Source: an uncultured bacterium (GTDB lineage Bacteria; Patescibacteriota; Patescibacteriia; Patescibacteriales; UBA12465). Taken from it: a DNA stretch of 64,000 nucleotides. The first letter of the stretch is position 1. Each line of letters starts with the position of its first letter. Below are positions 46,983 to 57,111 of the stretch, piece after piece. The stretch is from contig CAIQRY010000065.1 in the NCBI GenBank assembly GCA_903874345.1, forward strand, positions 2,679 through 66,678, written 5' to 3'. The notes beneath the pieces were generated by a model. It had not been told where the DNA came from and did not search any database. It worked only from the letters and a program-made list of their open reading frames with translations. The translations under genes were made by a program, and so were the position numbers.

Positions 46983-48106
46983 AAATTGCCCAAATCGTTT
47001 GCGTCTATCCTCCTTACGCCGGTGGCATTAGTAATAGCGCGTCAAAAGTGACCAAACTTTTAGCCGGTCACCATACGATTGTTAATTTTACACCGACAAC
47101 TTTAACACCGTGGCTGAAATATGGCCACGGCGCTTTTTTACCGCAACTTTTATGGCGTTTGCGAGGCTTTGATTATATTTACTTACATTACCCTTTCTTC
47201 GGGACAGCGGAAGTCGTTTGGCTATTTAAATTATTTTGCCGAAAACCGAAACTCATCGTTCATTATCATATGGACGTTAAGAACCTTAGCTTACTCGCAA
47301 GAATTTTAAGTTTCCCGAGTCGGCTTATCCGTTATTCTTTATTGAAACAGGCCGAGACCATCGTCACCGCCAGCCTTGACTATGTTGAGCATAGCCAAAT
47401 TAAAAAATTCTATGCCGCTTATCCCTCAAAATTTAAAGAGATTCCTTTCGGCCTTGATTTAAACGAATTCCAACCAAAATTAATTAACCGCGATTTAGGG
47501 AACGGCGTTTTGGGCAAAGCTAAGGAGATTGTTCATTATATTAACGATCATTTTATTAAACGAAATCGTCTTAATCTCTTATTCGTCGGGGCACTCGATT
47601 CGGCCCATTATTTCAAAGGCGTTGCTATCTTGCTTAACGCTTTGGTCGTGACGACGCCGCGTCATTGGCAATTAACTATTGTGGGCGACGGTAACTTGCG
47701 ACCCGAATACGAAGCCTTGGCCCGCGAACTCAAAATCGAGAAACAGGTAGAATTTACCGGTAAACTTGGGGGTAGCGATTTAGTGCGTCAATTCCAGAAT
47801 GCTGATTTATTCGTTTTGCCATCGATTAACAGTAACGAAGCGTTCGGTATTGTTCTAACCGAAGCTTTGGCTTGCGGCGTACCGGTTATCGCTTCGGATC
47901 TACCCGGCGTCCGCCGCGTCTTTACGGATCATCAGGAGGGATTATTAATTACACCCGGTAGTGTTCAAGATTTAAAAAAGAAAATAGAATTTATTTTAAA
48001 TAACGAAGAGCTGCGCCGGACAATGGCGGTTAGCGCCCGACGTCTCGCGGAAGAAAAGTATGATTTGAGCGTAATGGGGCATAGACTGGAAGAATTGTTT
48101 ACATAG
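46979..48106 (+). CDS. GT4 glycosyltransferase
   Basis: YPPYAGG, FKG, EAFGIVLTEALACGVPV. Confidence 0.93.
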   Translation: MKIAQIVCVYPPYAGGISNSASKVTKLLAGHHTIVNFTPTTLTPWLKYGHGAFLPQLLWRLRGFDYIYLHYPFFGTAEVVWLFKLFCRKPKLIVHYHMDVKNLSLLARILSFPSRLIRYSLLKQAETIVTASLDYVEHSQIKKFYAAYPSKFKEIPFGLDLNEFQPKLINRDLGNGVLGKAKEIVHYINDHFIKRNRLNLLFVGALDSAHYFKGVAILLNALVVTTPRHWQLTIVGDGNLRPEYEALARELKIEKQVEFTGKLGGSDLVRQFQNADLFVLPSINSNEAFGIVLTEALACGVPVIASDLPGVRRVFTDHQEGLLITPGSVQDLKKKIEFILNNEELRRTMAVSARRLAEEKYDLSVMGHRLEELFT

Positions 48107-48128
48107 GTAGCTCATACATTAATAAAAA

Positions 48129-49184
48129 ATGAAAATTGCTTTACTCAACAATTTATATGAGCCTTTTAACCGCGGCGGCGCGGAAAAAGTCGTTTCTCTC
48201 CTGGCCCAGGATTTTATTAATCAGGGCCACGAGGTTTTTATTATTACGACTAGACCAATAAATGCAACCGAACCGAAGATCGATTCGCTTAAAGTTTATT
48301 ATCTCCCGTCCCGCTATTATGACTTAAACAGGCTTTCAAAAATGGCGCGTTTCTTTTGGCAGGTCGGGAATGTCTTTGATTTGGTCCAGACGAAAAAAGT
48401 GAAGGCCATCCTAAAAAAAGAGAAACCGGATTTAATCTCCACTCATAATCTCATGGGCCTAAGTTTTTTAACCCCGCGTCTTATCCGTTGCTTAAAAATT
48501 CGTCAGGAACATTATCTCCACGATATTCAGCTACTTCACCCCTCCGGTCTGATGTTTTACGGCCAAGAAAAAAAAATAGATTCCCTGTCCGCTAAATTTT
48601 ATCAATTATTCACCCGCTGTTTCTTTGCTTCCCCGGTCAAAGTAATTTCTCCGTCCGAGTGGCTTATGGAACAATATAAACAACGCGGTTTTTTTCGCCG
48701 TTCCGAATTAGAAGTTAGACCTTTTAAATTAGCACCGGAACAAAAAATAGTTAATCAGCCAGCGAGAACGAGCGGCCGCCATTTCCTCTACGTCGGTCAG
48801 ATGGAGGATCATAAAGGGATTTTCTTATTAATTAATGCTTTTAAAAAATTACCAGATAAGCAGGCAAAACTTATTATGGTCGGCGACGGCACTAAATTAT
48901 CAAGGGCCAAGGAACAAGCCTCAACCGACCAAAGAATTAGTTTTTGGGGTAAGTACCAGGGCCAGGAATTAGAAAAGCTCATGGCCCAAAGCGACTACTT
49001 AGTAATTCCTTCTCTGTGTTATGAAAATTCGCCAACCACTATTTTAGAAGCCCATGCTTGCGGCGTCCCGGTTATCGCCGCGCGTATCGGAGGAATTCCG
49101 GAGATTACCAATCGGGACGATAAATTATTTGAACCTGGGAATGAGACGGACTTACTCAATAAATTGCAATCTCAACCTTCTTGA
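48129..49184 (+). CDS. GT4 glycosyltransferase
   Basis: RGGAE, HKGI, ENSPTTILEA, GGIPE. Confidence 0.92.
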   Translation: MKIALLNNLYEPFNRGGAEKVVSLLAQDFINQGHEVFIITTRPINATEPKIDSLKVYYLPSRYYDLNRLSKMARFFWQVGNVFDLVQTKKVKAILKKEKPDLISTHNLMGLSFLTPRLIRCLKIRQEHYLHDIQLLHPSGLMFYGQEKKIDSLSAKFYQLFTRCFFASPVKVISPSEWLMEQYKQRGFFRRSELEVRPFKLAPEQKIVNQPARTSGRHFLYVGQMEDHKGIFLLINAFKKLPDKQAKLIMVGDGTKLSRAKEQASTDQRISFWGKYQGQELEKLMAQSDYLVIPSLCYENSPTTILEAHACGVPVIAARIGGIPEITNRDDKLFEPGNETDLLNKLQSQPS

Positions 49185-49256
49185 CAAAAAATAAATTAAA
49201 TTCTAATATAAAAGATTCTTTAACAACGCAATAAACAAAAAAACAATAACTACACC

Positions 49257-49694
49257 ATGAAAAAAACCGAAATCAATTTACTGAAATTCTTGTTGGAAAA
49301 TTCTCGTATTGAAGAAATCCGAATTTGCCTACAGCTTGATCAACCCGGGAAATTTGCGTATGCTCTTCCTGTTTTACAGACCTTAAAAAACAGCTTCGTC
49401 AAAAAAGGCGAGCTAATACCTATCCAGTCAATCGCGGCCGTAACCGAGGAAAAAATCGCCGTCACAATCGGAGATTTGAAAACGATTGCCACTGTCAACC
49501 TAAAAAGAAAACATTTTCGTTCGGCCGCTCGGGCCGCCGCTCTCTTAAGTATTGGCCAAAGCAACGGACTCCGCCAAAAGATTCTTGATGGCGCGGTTAA
49601 AAAAGCCCACAAAGAAAAAGGACATCCGCTCTTTGCTCAAAACGTCACCTACGTCATGGAAACTCTGTTTCCGAATAAAACTCTGATACTTTAG
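49257..49694 (+). CDS. Hypothetical protein (paralog 1 of tandem pair)
   Basis: 145 aa; promoter TTGACA-17-TAATAT at 49181-49209. Confidence 0.7.
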   Translation: MKKTEINLLKFLLENSRIEEIRICLQLDQPGKFAYALPVLQTLKNSFVKKGELIPIQSIAAVTEEKIAVTIGDLKTIATVNLKRKHFRSAARAAALLSIGQSNGLRQKILDGAVKKAHKEKGHPLFAQNVTYVMETLFPNKTLIL

Positions 49695-49731
49695 AAATTT
49701 ATTTTTCCGTATTTTCAAAAACCAAACTCTC

Positions 49732-50160
49732 ATGGAAAAAGACACCGCTATCAATTTCTTTATTTTCCTTTTATCCGGAACATCAATAAACGGCCGCCAG
49801 GAAGAATTCTACGCTAAATTCATCAAGCCGGAATGGCACGAAAAAATTCTGGCTCAACTCTTAAATCATGGCCTTGTTAATGAAATCGAGTATTTTTTCA
49901 AAGTCACTAACCAGGAAATTTCCTTGAACTTCGAGGAAGTCCATACCTTAGTCAGAGTAAACCGCGAAAAGAAACTTTTCAATCAAGCCCTGAAAGCCGC
50001 TACCTACCACAGTGGTGCTGGCACCAAAAAAGCATCTTTCGACTCAACCCTCCAGCAAGCTCTGGAATTCTACTTAACTAACCCGAATGATGAAAAAATC
50101 GATGCCGCGGTCCATAATGTGGTCGCGACCTATCTCAAACATTACCCCATCATCAAATAA
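49732..50160 (+). CDS. Hypothetical protein (paralog 2 of tandem pair)
   Basis: 142 aa; collinear similarity to the upstream ORF. Confidence 0.7.
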   Translation: MEKDTAINFFIFLLSGTSINGRQEEFYAKFIKPEWHEKILAQLLNHGLVNEIEYFFKVTNQEISLNFEEVHTLVRVNREKKLFNQALKAATYHSGAGTKKASFDSTLQQALEFYLTNPNDEKIDAAVHNVVATYLKHYPIIK

Positions 50161-50172
50161 TCTTGCCTACTC

Positions 50173-50203
50173 AAAAGGCCGATCACTGAGACCGGCCTTT
50201 TTT
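50173..50203. terminator. Bidirectional terminator
   Basis: AAAAGGCCG...CGGCCTTTT between convergent genes. Confidence 0.78.
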
Positions 50204-50220
50204 ATTTGTTTTACTTAATT

Positions 50221-51246
50221 TTAATTTATCCCGAAACTTTTCAACTTCTTATTCGCCTCAATATCAAAAATCGTTTTCTTCAAACCATTGTCGAGTGTGA
50301 CGACCGGCATCCAATTAAGCTCATTCTTAGCCAAAGTAATATCGGGGAGAATTAATTCGGTCACGAATAATTTGCGGTCGCTATAAACGATTTTAGAAGC
50401 GGAACCGGTTTCTTTAATAATTTTCTCCGCCACTTTCGTCAGATTAATATCCACGTCTGAGCCAATATTAAGCGGCTTAATTATTTCCGAATTCATTAAT
50501 TTAATAATCGCGTCAAGCGCATCTTCAATATAACAAAAGGCTGAGGAAAAATTAGCGTCGCCGTTAATAACGACGTCCCGATTATCCAAAGCGCTATTAA
50601 TATAATCCGGAATCATTTGATCGTCTTCCTGCTCCATACGCGGACCATAAATTCTAAACAGACGAGCGATTTTCGTATCTAAACCATAAAGCGCGTTATA
50701 GTTAGCGACTAAAGTCTCGGCAAAACGCTTTCCTTCGTCATAAGCACTCCTATCTGACAAGAAATCGACGCGGCCTAAATCGCTTTCTTTAACTTTTAAT
50801 TCGGAATCTTCTGCTCGGCGCGGACCGTAAACAACGCAGGAAGAGGCGTGTAGAAATTTAGACTGGTACTTCACGGCTAAATCCAATAAATTCTTAACGG
50901 CATAAGAATTAGCCAGAAGAGTCGCTAGGCGATTAGTTAAAAAATCCTTGGGCGAACTCGGACAGGCGAGATTATAAATTTCCTGCAGGCCCTGGAATTC
51001 AATTTTAAAATTCTCCAAATCTTCCAAGCTTTCTAAATCTAGCGGCTTAGACAAATCATGATTAATAAAAACAAAATCTGGATTGGCTAAAAGATGGTCA
51101 ATGTTCCGCTCGCTCCCGGAAATAAAATTATCCACGCAAATTACTTTGCAGGTCTTGATTAATTCATCGCAAAGATGCGAACCGATAAAACCGGCGCCGC
51201 CAGCCACGAGCACATTTTTCTTATCAAAGATAACTTGTTTCGACAT
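50221..51246 (-). CDS. NAD-dependent epimerase/dehydratase, UDP-glucuronate decarboxylase-like
   Basis: GGAGFIGSHL, NLACPSSP, YDEGKR, YGPRM. Confidence 0.88.
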   Translation of the reverse strand: MSKQVIFDKKNVLVAGGAGFIGSHLCDELIKTCKVICVDNFISGSERNIDHLLANPDFVFINHDLSKPLDLESLEDLENFKIEFQGLQEIYNLACPSSPKDFLTNRLATLLANSYAVKNLLDLAVKYQSKFLHASSCVVYGPRRAEDSELKVKESDLGRVDFLSDRSAYDEGKRFAETLVANYNALYGLDTKIARLFRIYGPRMEQEDDQMIPDYINSALDNRDVVINGDANFSSAFCYIEDALDAIIKLMNSEIIKPLNIGSDVDINLTKVAEKIIKETGSASKIVYSDRKLFVTELILPDITLAKNELNWMPVVTLDNGLKKTIFDIEANKKLKSFGIN

Positions 51247-51256
51247 ATGATTTAAA

Positions 51257-53284
51257 CTAATTATTTACTTTTATTATACCAAGATTAACACCGCCGCTCC
51301 AGCTCTCTTCATAAGCGTAGAAAGATTCTAAGAGCCTTCCCTGCCCGTCAAAAACACGAACATGCGGCGCGGCGCCAGAGAGAGCGCTCACCGCTATTTC
51401 GCTAATACCATCATTATTCAAATCACCGGCCACGACATTCATGCCGCCCTGCCAATTTTTACTATAAACCAAGAACTGTTTAATTAAATTCGCATCATTA
51501 TCAAAAACCTTAACCAAAGGGTCGCGACCCCGACCGGGAGCGGTAATTATTTCAGCGCGGCTATGATTACTGCGCCCATTAATATTTGCTACCGCGATTT
51601 TGACGCCGCCTTTAAAAGTTTTTTCGTAAGGAAAGAAAGATTTAAGCAGGCGACCGCTCGTCGTATAAATCCTTACCTGAGGCGAATTACCCGACCCATA
51701 ACCAATCGCGACTTCCGCTTGGCCGTTGCCGTCTAAGTCGCCCACCGCAATATTTAAACCGCCCAGCCAGTTTTTATCCGTAACCAAAAACTGTTTTTCG
51801 AGCCGACCCGAAAAATCAAAGATTTTTAATTGTCCGGCGCCACCAGTCGCTGGTACAGTTAAAATCTCCGCCTGATTATCATTATTAATATCGGCTACTG
51901 CTACTTTTAATCCCCCTCGAAAAGTTTTGGGCCAAGCTAAAAATTTCTTAATTAATTTACCTTTCTGGTCATAAATAAAAATATTCGGTTCAGTACCTGG
52001 CGCGGCGCCAAAAATAATTGCCTCTTGGCCAGTTCCCGCCACGTCGCCAGTCGCGATACTTTGTCCGCTATGATTATCTTTTTTAACCGGCCAAGCCTGA
52101 ACCAAGTCGCCGTTACTAGCTGTTATTTTTAAATCCTTTTGGCCAGAGGCTGGAATACTAATCAGACGCCGGACATGATCATAAAGTCTGTCTTTGGCCA
52201 TTTGCACCGCGCGGTCCACATTTAAACGGCCATTACCTAATTGTCCTAAATAACTAGGATTGAGGCGGTTAATATTATCCGTCGAGGCAAATAAAATATT
52301 CACTATTTCTCGCTGACTTAATTCCGGATTGGCTTGGGCAATTAAGGCCAGAGTCGCTGTGACTAGAGGCGCCGCCATGGATGTTCCGGACCAATAGCCA
52401 TCATAATACTTATTCGGATTAGCCGGATCGCTCCCCGGGGTTGCGGCATTAAAAAAACTGATGCCCGGCGCGGTTAAATCAACGCAATGAAAACCATAAC
52501 TGGAAAAACGCGCTTTTTGATCAAGAGCGTCTGTCGCCGCCACGCCAATCACCATATTTTCCCCCTGATCGCCATCATAACAAGCGGGATAAATCGGTGT
52601 TTTATCAATATCATAACCCTCACCGCTCACTTGATCGTTCCCGGCCGCGGCGACAATAATTATGCCGGCGTCATGGGCGCGTTTAATCGCTTCCTGGAGA
52701 GCTTCGGAATAATTAAAACTAACAAAACTTAAATTAATAATATCCGCTCCATTACTAATCGCGTAATCAATCGCTCGAATAACGTCGCTAACTTTCCCAG
52801 CGCCTTTATCGTCAAGCGCTTTAAGCGCCATAATCTTGGCCTGCCAAGTAACTCCGGCCACGCCTTCGTTATTGTTTCCTTCGGCCGCGATAATGCCTGT
52901 CACCATCGTCCCGTGAGAAACACCGGCTTCAGTCCAGCCCGTCGCAAATTTCGGCGAGGGGTCAGGTACATTATTTACGAAATCCCAGCCATGGATATCA
53001 TCAATAAAACCGTTATGATCGTCATCCTTGCCGTTAGTGGCCACTTCTTTTTTATTCGTCCAGATATTATTTTTTAAATCAGGATGACTAATATTAATAC
53101 CCGAATCAATTACGGCAATAACTATGTCCGGGCTAGCAGAAATTTTTTCCCAGGCACTATCCGCCTTGATTTTCTGCAAATACCACTGATTGCCATAAAA
53201 AGGGTCGTCGGGCGTAACCGTCGCCAAAACCGGCTCTACGCAAAGGAGAGAGAGTATAAAAAAAGATGTTATCAGTTTCTTCAT
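51257..53284 (-). CDS. Secreted S8 subtilisin-like protease with C-terminal FG-GAP-like repeats
   Basis: Signal peptide; triad VIDSG/HGT/GTSMAAP; repeated F..Y...F.GG..VA.GD..D...EI units. Confidence 0.92.
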   Translation of the reverse strand: MKKLITSFFILSLLCVEPVLATVTPDDPFYGNQWYLQKIKADSAWEKISASPDIVIAVIDSGINISHPDLKNNIWTNKKEVATNGKDDDHNGFIDDIHGWDFVNNVPDPSPKFATGWTEAGVSHGTMVTGIIAAEGNNNEGVAGVTWQAKIMALKALDDKGAGKVSDVIRAIDYAISNGADIINLSFVSFNYSEALQEAIKRAHDAGIIIVAAAGNDQVSGEGYDIDKTPIYPACYDGDQGENMVIGVAATDALDQKARFSSYGFHCVDLTAPGISFFNAATPGSDPANPNKYYDGYWSGTSMAAPLVTATLALIAQANPELSQREIVNILFASTDNINRLNPSYLGQLGNGRLNVDRAVQMAKDRLYDHVRRLISIPASGQKDLKITASNGDLVQAWPVKKDNHSGQSIATGDVAGTGQEAIIFGAAPGTEPNIFIYDQKGKLIKKFLAWPKTFRGGLKVAVADINNDNQAEILTVPATGGAGQLKIFDFSGRLEKQFLVTDKNWLGGLNIAVGDLDGNGQAEVAIGYGSGNSPQVRIYTTSGRLLKSFFPYEKTFKGGVKIAVANINGRSNHSRAEIITAPGRGRDPLVKVFDNDANLIKQFLVYSKNWQGGMNVVAGDLNNDGISEIAVSALSGAAPHVRVFDGQGRLLESFYAYEESWSGGVNLGIIKVNN

Positions 53285-53319
53285 ATAACATCTAAATAAT
53301 AGCACAATTAATAGTATTT

Positions 53320-54531
53320 TTACCAATTTTCCAGCTCAGAAAGCGTTTCCGTCGCACATTTTTTCCAACTGAATTCTTTAGCGCGCGCCAAACCCTTCTC
53401 TTTTAGTATTTGGCGTAAATTACCGTCGGTTGCAATCTGGGCCATGGCGGCGGCAATCAACCGTTTATCATTCTGATTAAAATACAAAACCGCGTCCGAG
53501 GCAATTTCTCTTAGTACTGGAATATCAGAAACCGCCGTCGGTAGTCCGCAGGCAAGAGCTTGCAAAACCGGGATTCCAAAGCCTTCATGTTTAGACGGAA
53601 AAATAAACGCGGTCGCGCCGTGGAATAAATAAGGTAAGTCCGCCTCAGTAATCCAACCGGGCATCATCACTTCCCGTTCCAAATCAAATTCTTCAATCGC
53701 ATATTTAACTTCATCATAACCGAAGCTCGCGTCGCCAGATAAAACTAACTTAATCTTAATTTCCGGATGATCTTCGTGTAAAATAGCGAGCGCTTCAATT
53801 AAGGCCGGCGTATTTTTTTTCTTCTCCAGACGACCGACATATAAAAAATACGGTTGTTCTAAACCATATTTTATCAAAACATCCGCTATTTTTTCCGAAT
53901 GAACGTTAGCCTGATACAAGGCATCATTATAACCGTTGTGAACGACTTTAATTTTTGTTTCTTTGGTCTTCGGATATAAGCTTAAAATTTCTTGCTTCGT
54001 GAAATGAGAAACCGTAATTATTTTCCGCGCGTGACGCAAAGCAAAGGCTGTCGACCAATATAAATAGTCAACGGAATTGGATTGATATTTACCGAGTGTA
54101 AAGATTTTAATCAAACCATTTAAGACTCGGCGCGAACCCGGGATATGCTGTTTGAGTTTCTGGGAACGATATAAATTTTGCTCGCGAACAAAAGCGATAT
54201 CATGAATCGTATTAACGGTTCGGCGCGGGAAAAACAAGGGTAAAGTATGAGCCGGAATAAAGAGGACATCGGGTCGGCGCCAAATCATTTCCCAGGACAA
54301 GCGGCCGAGCGTCCAAAAAGCATAAAACGGCCAATTTAGATAATGACAAGAAAAATTAGAATTAGTTTTAATCGCTTCTAAGAGTTCGGGCGAAGCCGGC
54401 GCGTCCAAATACAAACGGTACTTATTTTTATGGTCAATGGCCGCTAAATTTTTAATCAAGTAGAACGAATACCACTCGGTTCCGGTCTTGCGTTGACGAT
54501 TCGCCCGCGAAGCGTCGATACCGATAACCAT
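53320..54531 (-). CDS. GT4 glycosyltransferase
   Basis: TGTEWY, TIHD, KKN, EGFGIPVLQALACG. Confidence 0.92.
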   Translation of the reverse strand: MVIGIDASRANRQRKTGTEWYSFYLIKNLAAIDHKNKYRLYLDAPASPELLEAIKTNSNFSCHYLNWPFYAFWTLGRLSWEMIWRRPDVLFIPAHTLPLFFPRRTVNTIHDIAFVREQNLYRSQKLKQHIPGSRRVLNGLIKIFTLGKYQSNSVDYLYWSTAFALRHARKIITVSHFTKQEILSLYPKTKETKIKVVHNGYNDALYQANVHSEKIADVLIKYGLEQPYFLYVGRLEKKKNTPALIEALAILHEDHPEIKIKLVLSGDASFGYDEVKYAIEEFDLEREVMMPGWITEADLPYLFHGATAFIFPSKHEGFGIPVLQALACGLPTAVSDIPVLREIASDAVLYFNQNDKRLIAAAMAQIATDGNLRQILKEKGLARAKEFSWKKCATETLSELENW

Positions 54532-54550
54532 ATATCAATTTATTTTAAAT

Positions 54551-55558
54551 TTATTTGGTGGCTAAGATGCTGCGTTTATAAGAATCCAGATTATCCAAAG
54601 CGATTCCGGTTCCCTTAACAACACAAAGCATGGCGTCGTCGGCCACATAAGCCGGAACGCCGGTCGTGCGCGCGATAAGCTGATCGATATTTCGAAGAAG
54701 CGCACTACCGCCGGTTAAGACGATTCCCTTATCCATGATATCCGCCGCCAGTTCCGGCGGTGTTTTTTGTAAAACTTTTTTGGCCGCGGAAATAATCGCT
54801 TCGAGTTCGTTCTGAATCGCTTCGGTCACGTCATCACTTGAAACAGTAATGCTTCGTGGCAAGCCCGTCACGATATCGCGACCACGAATCTCTAAATGCA
54901 ATTTATCTTCCATATACAAAGCCGAGCCGATATTAATCTTAATTTCTTCCGCGGTTCGTTCGCCAATGGCTAAATTATATTTCCGGCGCACATATTCCAA
55001 GATTGCCGCGTCAAACTTATTACCGCCCACGCGGACCGAAGTCGAAGCAACGATACCGCCTAAAGAGATAACGGCCATTTCCGCTGTTCCGCCGCCGATA
55101 TCAATCACCATATGCCCGGTTGAAGAGCCAATCGGAATATCGGCGCCAATCGCCGCGGCGACTGGTTCTTTAATGATATAGGCAGCTTTGGCGCCGGCGG
55201 CAATAGTTGCTTCAATTACGGCGCGCCTTTCCGTCGAAGAAATACCAGCCGGGACAGCTACCATCACTTCCGGTCGAAATAAGCGAACGCCGCCTAAGGT
55301 TTTATTAATAAAATAGCGGATCATGGCTTCGGTTGCCTTATAATCCGCAATCACTCCGTCTTTTAGGGGCCGAACGGCCATAATCGTATCTGGGGTGCGG
55401 CCAATCATGTCTTTCGCTTCATTACCCACGGCTAAAATCTTCTTATCGTCCAACGATACCGCCACTACGCTCGGTTCATTAATAACAATCCCGCGCTTCG
55501 GCAGGTGTACTAAAGTATAGGTTGTTCCGAGATCGATCCCGATTCGTTTAATAAACAT
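54551..55558 (-). CDS. mreB: Rod shape-determining protein MreB (standalone paralog)
   Basis: GIDLGT, EPSVVA, EPVAAAIGA, DIGGGT, LTGGSALL. Confidence 0.96.
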   Translation of the reverse strand: MFIKRIGIDLGTTYTLVHLPKRGIVINEPSVVAVSLDDKKILAVGNEAKDMIGRTPDTIMAVRPLKDGVIADYKATEAMIRYFINKTLGGVRLFRPEVMVAVPAGISSTERRAVIEATIAAGAKAAYIIKEPVAAAIGADIPIGSSTGHMVIDIGGGTAEMAVISLGGIVASTSVRVGGNKFDAAILEYVRRKYNLAIGERTAEEIKINIGSALYMEDKLHLEIRGRDIVTGLPRSITVSSDDVTEAIQNELEAIISAAKKVLQKTPPELAADIMDKGIVLTGGSALLRNIDQLIARTTGVPAYVADDAMLCVVKGTGIALDNLDSYKRSILATK

Positions 55559-55615
55559 AAGTGGCAAATAAATACTAATACATCTTAGTATTTTTTGATA
55601 GTTTAGTCAAACAAC

Positions 55616-55643
55616 AAAAGGCCGCGTTCGACGTGGCCTTTTT
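55616..55643 (-). terminator. Intrinsic terminator
   Basis: AAAAGGCCGCG...CGTGGCCTTTT. Confidence 0.7.
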
Positions 55644-55657
55644 ATTTATTTTAAATT

Positions 55658-56101
55658 CTAATCTATTTCCATGCCTTCTTCTTGACCATCATCCTCACCG
55701 CGTCTTTCTTTCTTATCCTGATTGCGGATAATTTTCTTTACTTTCTCCGCGAACTCGAAGGTATCGAATTCTTCTTTAAAGAAAATATAATCCGCGCCAA
55801 GCTCTAAGCTGCGTTGACGACTATCTTCATCGGAAATATCGGTAAAAATATAAATCTGGACTTCGGATAACTCTTCATCTTCTTTCATTTTCTTAATAAT
55901 TTCAAAACCGTCCAATTTCGGGAGAATTAAATCTAAAATCAAATATTGCGGCGAAAACTCTTTCAGGCGTTTGAGTATTTCTTCTAACTCTTCATCGCCC
56001 TCGGAAGTTTCGACTTCGTAGTCGTCCGCCGTAAATTGCGACTCCAGACCGTAAAGAATGCTGGCGTCGTCTTCGATAATAAAAAGTTTTTTATCGTCCA
56101 T
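55658..56101 (-). CDS. Single-domain response regulator (receiver)
   Basis: IIEDD, LDLILPKLDG phospho-Asp, GADY..K; acidic tail. Confidence 0.88.
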   Translation of the reverse strand: MDDKKLFIIEDDASILYGLESQFTADDYEVETSEGDEELEEILKRLKEFSPQYLILDLILPKLDGFEIIKKMKEDEELSEVQIYIFTDISDEDSRQRSLELGADYIFFKEEFDTFEFAEKVKKIIRNQDKKERRGEDDGQEEGMEID

Positions 56102-56131
56102 ATTTTTGTTTGCCCCCGATAGCGGGGTAAA

Positions 56132-57109
56132 TTATTGTTTTAAAGGCTGCCACCAAGCGGTATTCGTCTTGTACCATAAGGCAGTGTGCCGTAAACCGTC
56201 CTTAAAGTCAATCTGCGGCTTAAAACCGAGTTCATTTTTAGCTTTTGTAAAATCAATAGCGTAACGCAAATCATGACCCTGGCGATCAGGGACATATTCA
56301 ATCATTTCCGGACCAAGACCCATCAGTTCCAAAATCAATTGCGTAATTTCTAAATTGCTTTTCTCGCTACTGCCACCTAAACAATAAGTTTCGCCGCTCT
56401 TCCCTTTTTTAAGAATCAAATCGACACCACGGTTATGGTCATCAACATGAATCCAATCGCGAATATTTTTCCCGGCGCCATAAACCGGCACTTTTTTTCC
56501 TTCGATTAAATTGGTAATGAAAAGCGGAATTAATTTCTCCGGATATTGATAAGGGCCATAATTATTCGAGCAATTAGAAATCGTCACCGGCAAACCATAA
56601 GTATGATAATAGGCGCGAACCAAGTGGTCGCTCGCGGCTTTCGAAGCGCTATAAGGCGAGCGCGGATCATAGGGCGTGGTTTCGTTGAATTTTTTATCAG
56701 TCAAAGATAAGGAGCCGAAAACTTCATCGGTTGAAATATGATGAAAACGAATCGGCCGACCCGAGACATAAATATTCTTAGCCGCCTCGAGTAAAACGCG
56801 CGTCCCTTCGACATTAGTATGAACAAAATCAGCGCTATTTTTAATTGAACGGTCGACATGACTTTCGGCTGCAAAATGAACAACGATATCGATATCTGGC
56901 ATTAAATCATTAACCAAAGTCGCGTCGGTGATGTCGCCTTTAACAAAATGGTAACGCGGATCGTTTTCAACATCTCGTAAATTTTCTAAGTTTCCGGCGT
57001 AAGTCAAAACATCCAAATTAACAATTTGATCCTCAGGATAATTTTTTAACCAATAGTGGATGAAGTTAGAACCGATAAAGCCGGCCCCGCCGGTAACGAG
57101 TAATTTCAT
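56132..57109 (-). CDS. rfbB: dTDP-glucose 4,6-dehydratase
   Basis: GGAGFIGSNF, AAESHVDRS, HISTDEV, YSASK, CSNNYGPYQYPEKLIP. Confidence 0.96.
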   Translation of the reverse strand: MKLLVTGGAGFIGSNFIHYWLKNYPEDQIVNLDVLTYAGNLENLRDVENDPRYHFVKGDITDATLVNDLMPDIDIVVHFAAESHVDRSIKNSADFVHTNVEGTRVLLEAAKNIYVSGRPIRFHHISTDEVFGSLSLTDKKFNETTPYDPRSPYSASKAASDHLVRAYYHTYGLPVTISNCSNNYGPYQYPEKLIPLFITNLIEGKKVPVYGAGKNIRDWIHVDDHNRGVDLILKKGKSGETYCLGGSSEKSNLEITQLILELMGLGPEMIEYVPDRQGHDLRYAIDFTKAKNELGFKPQIDFKDGLRHTALWYKTNTAWWQPLKQ

Positions 57110-57111
57110 AA

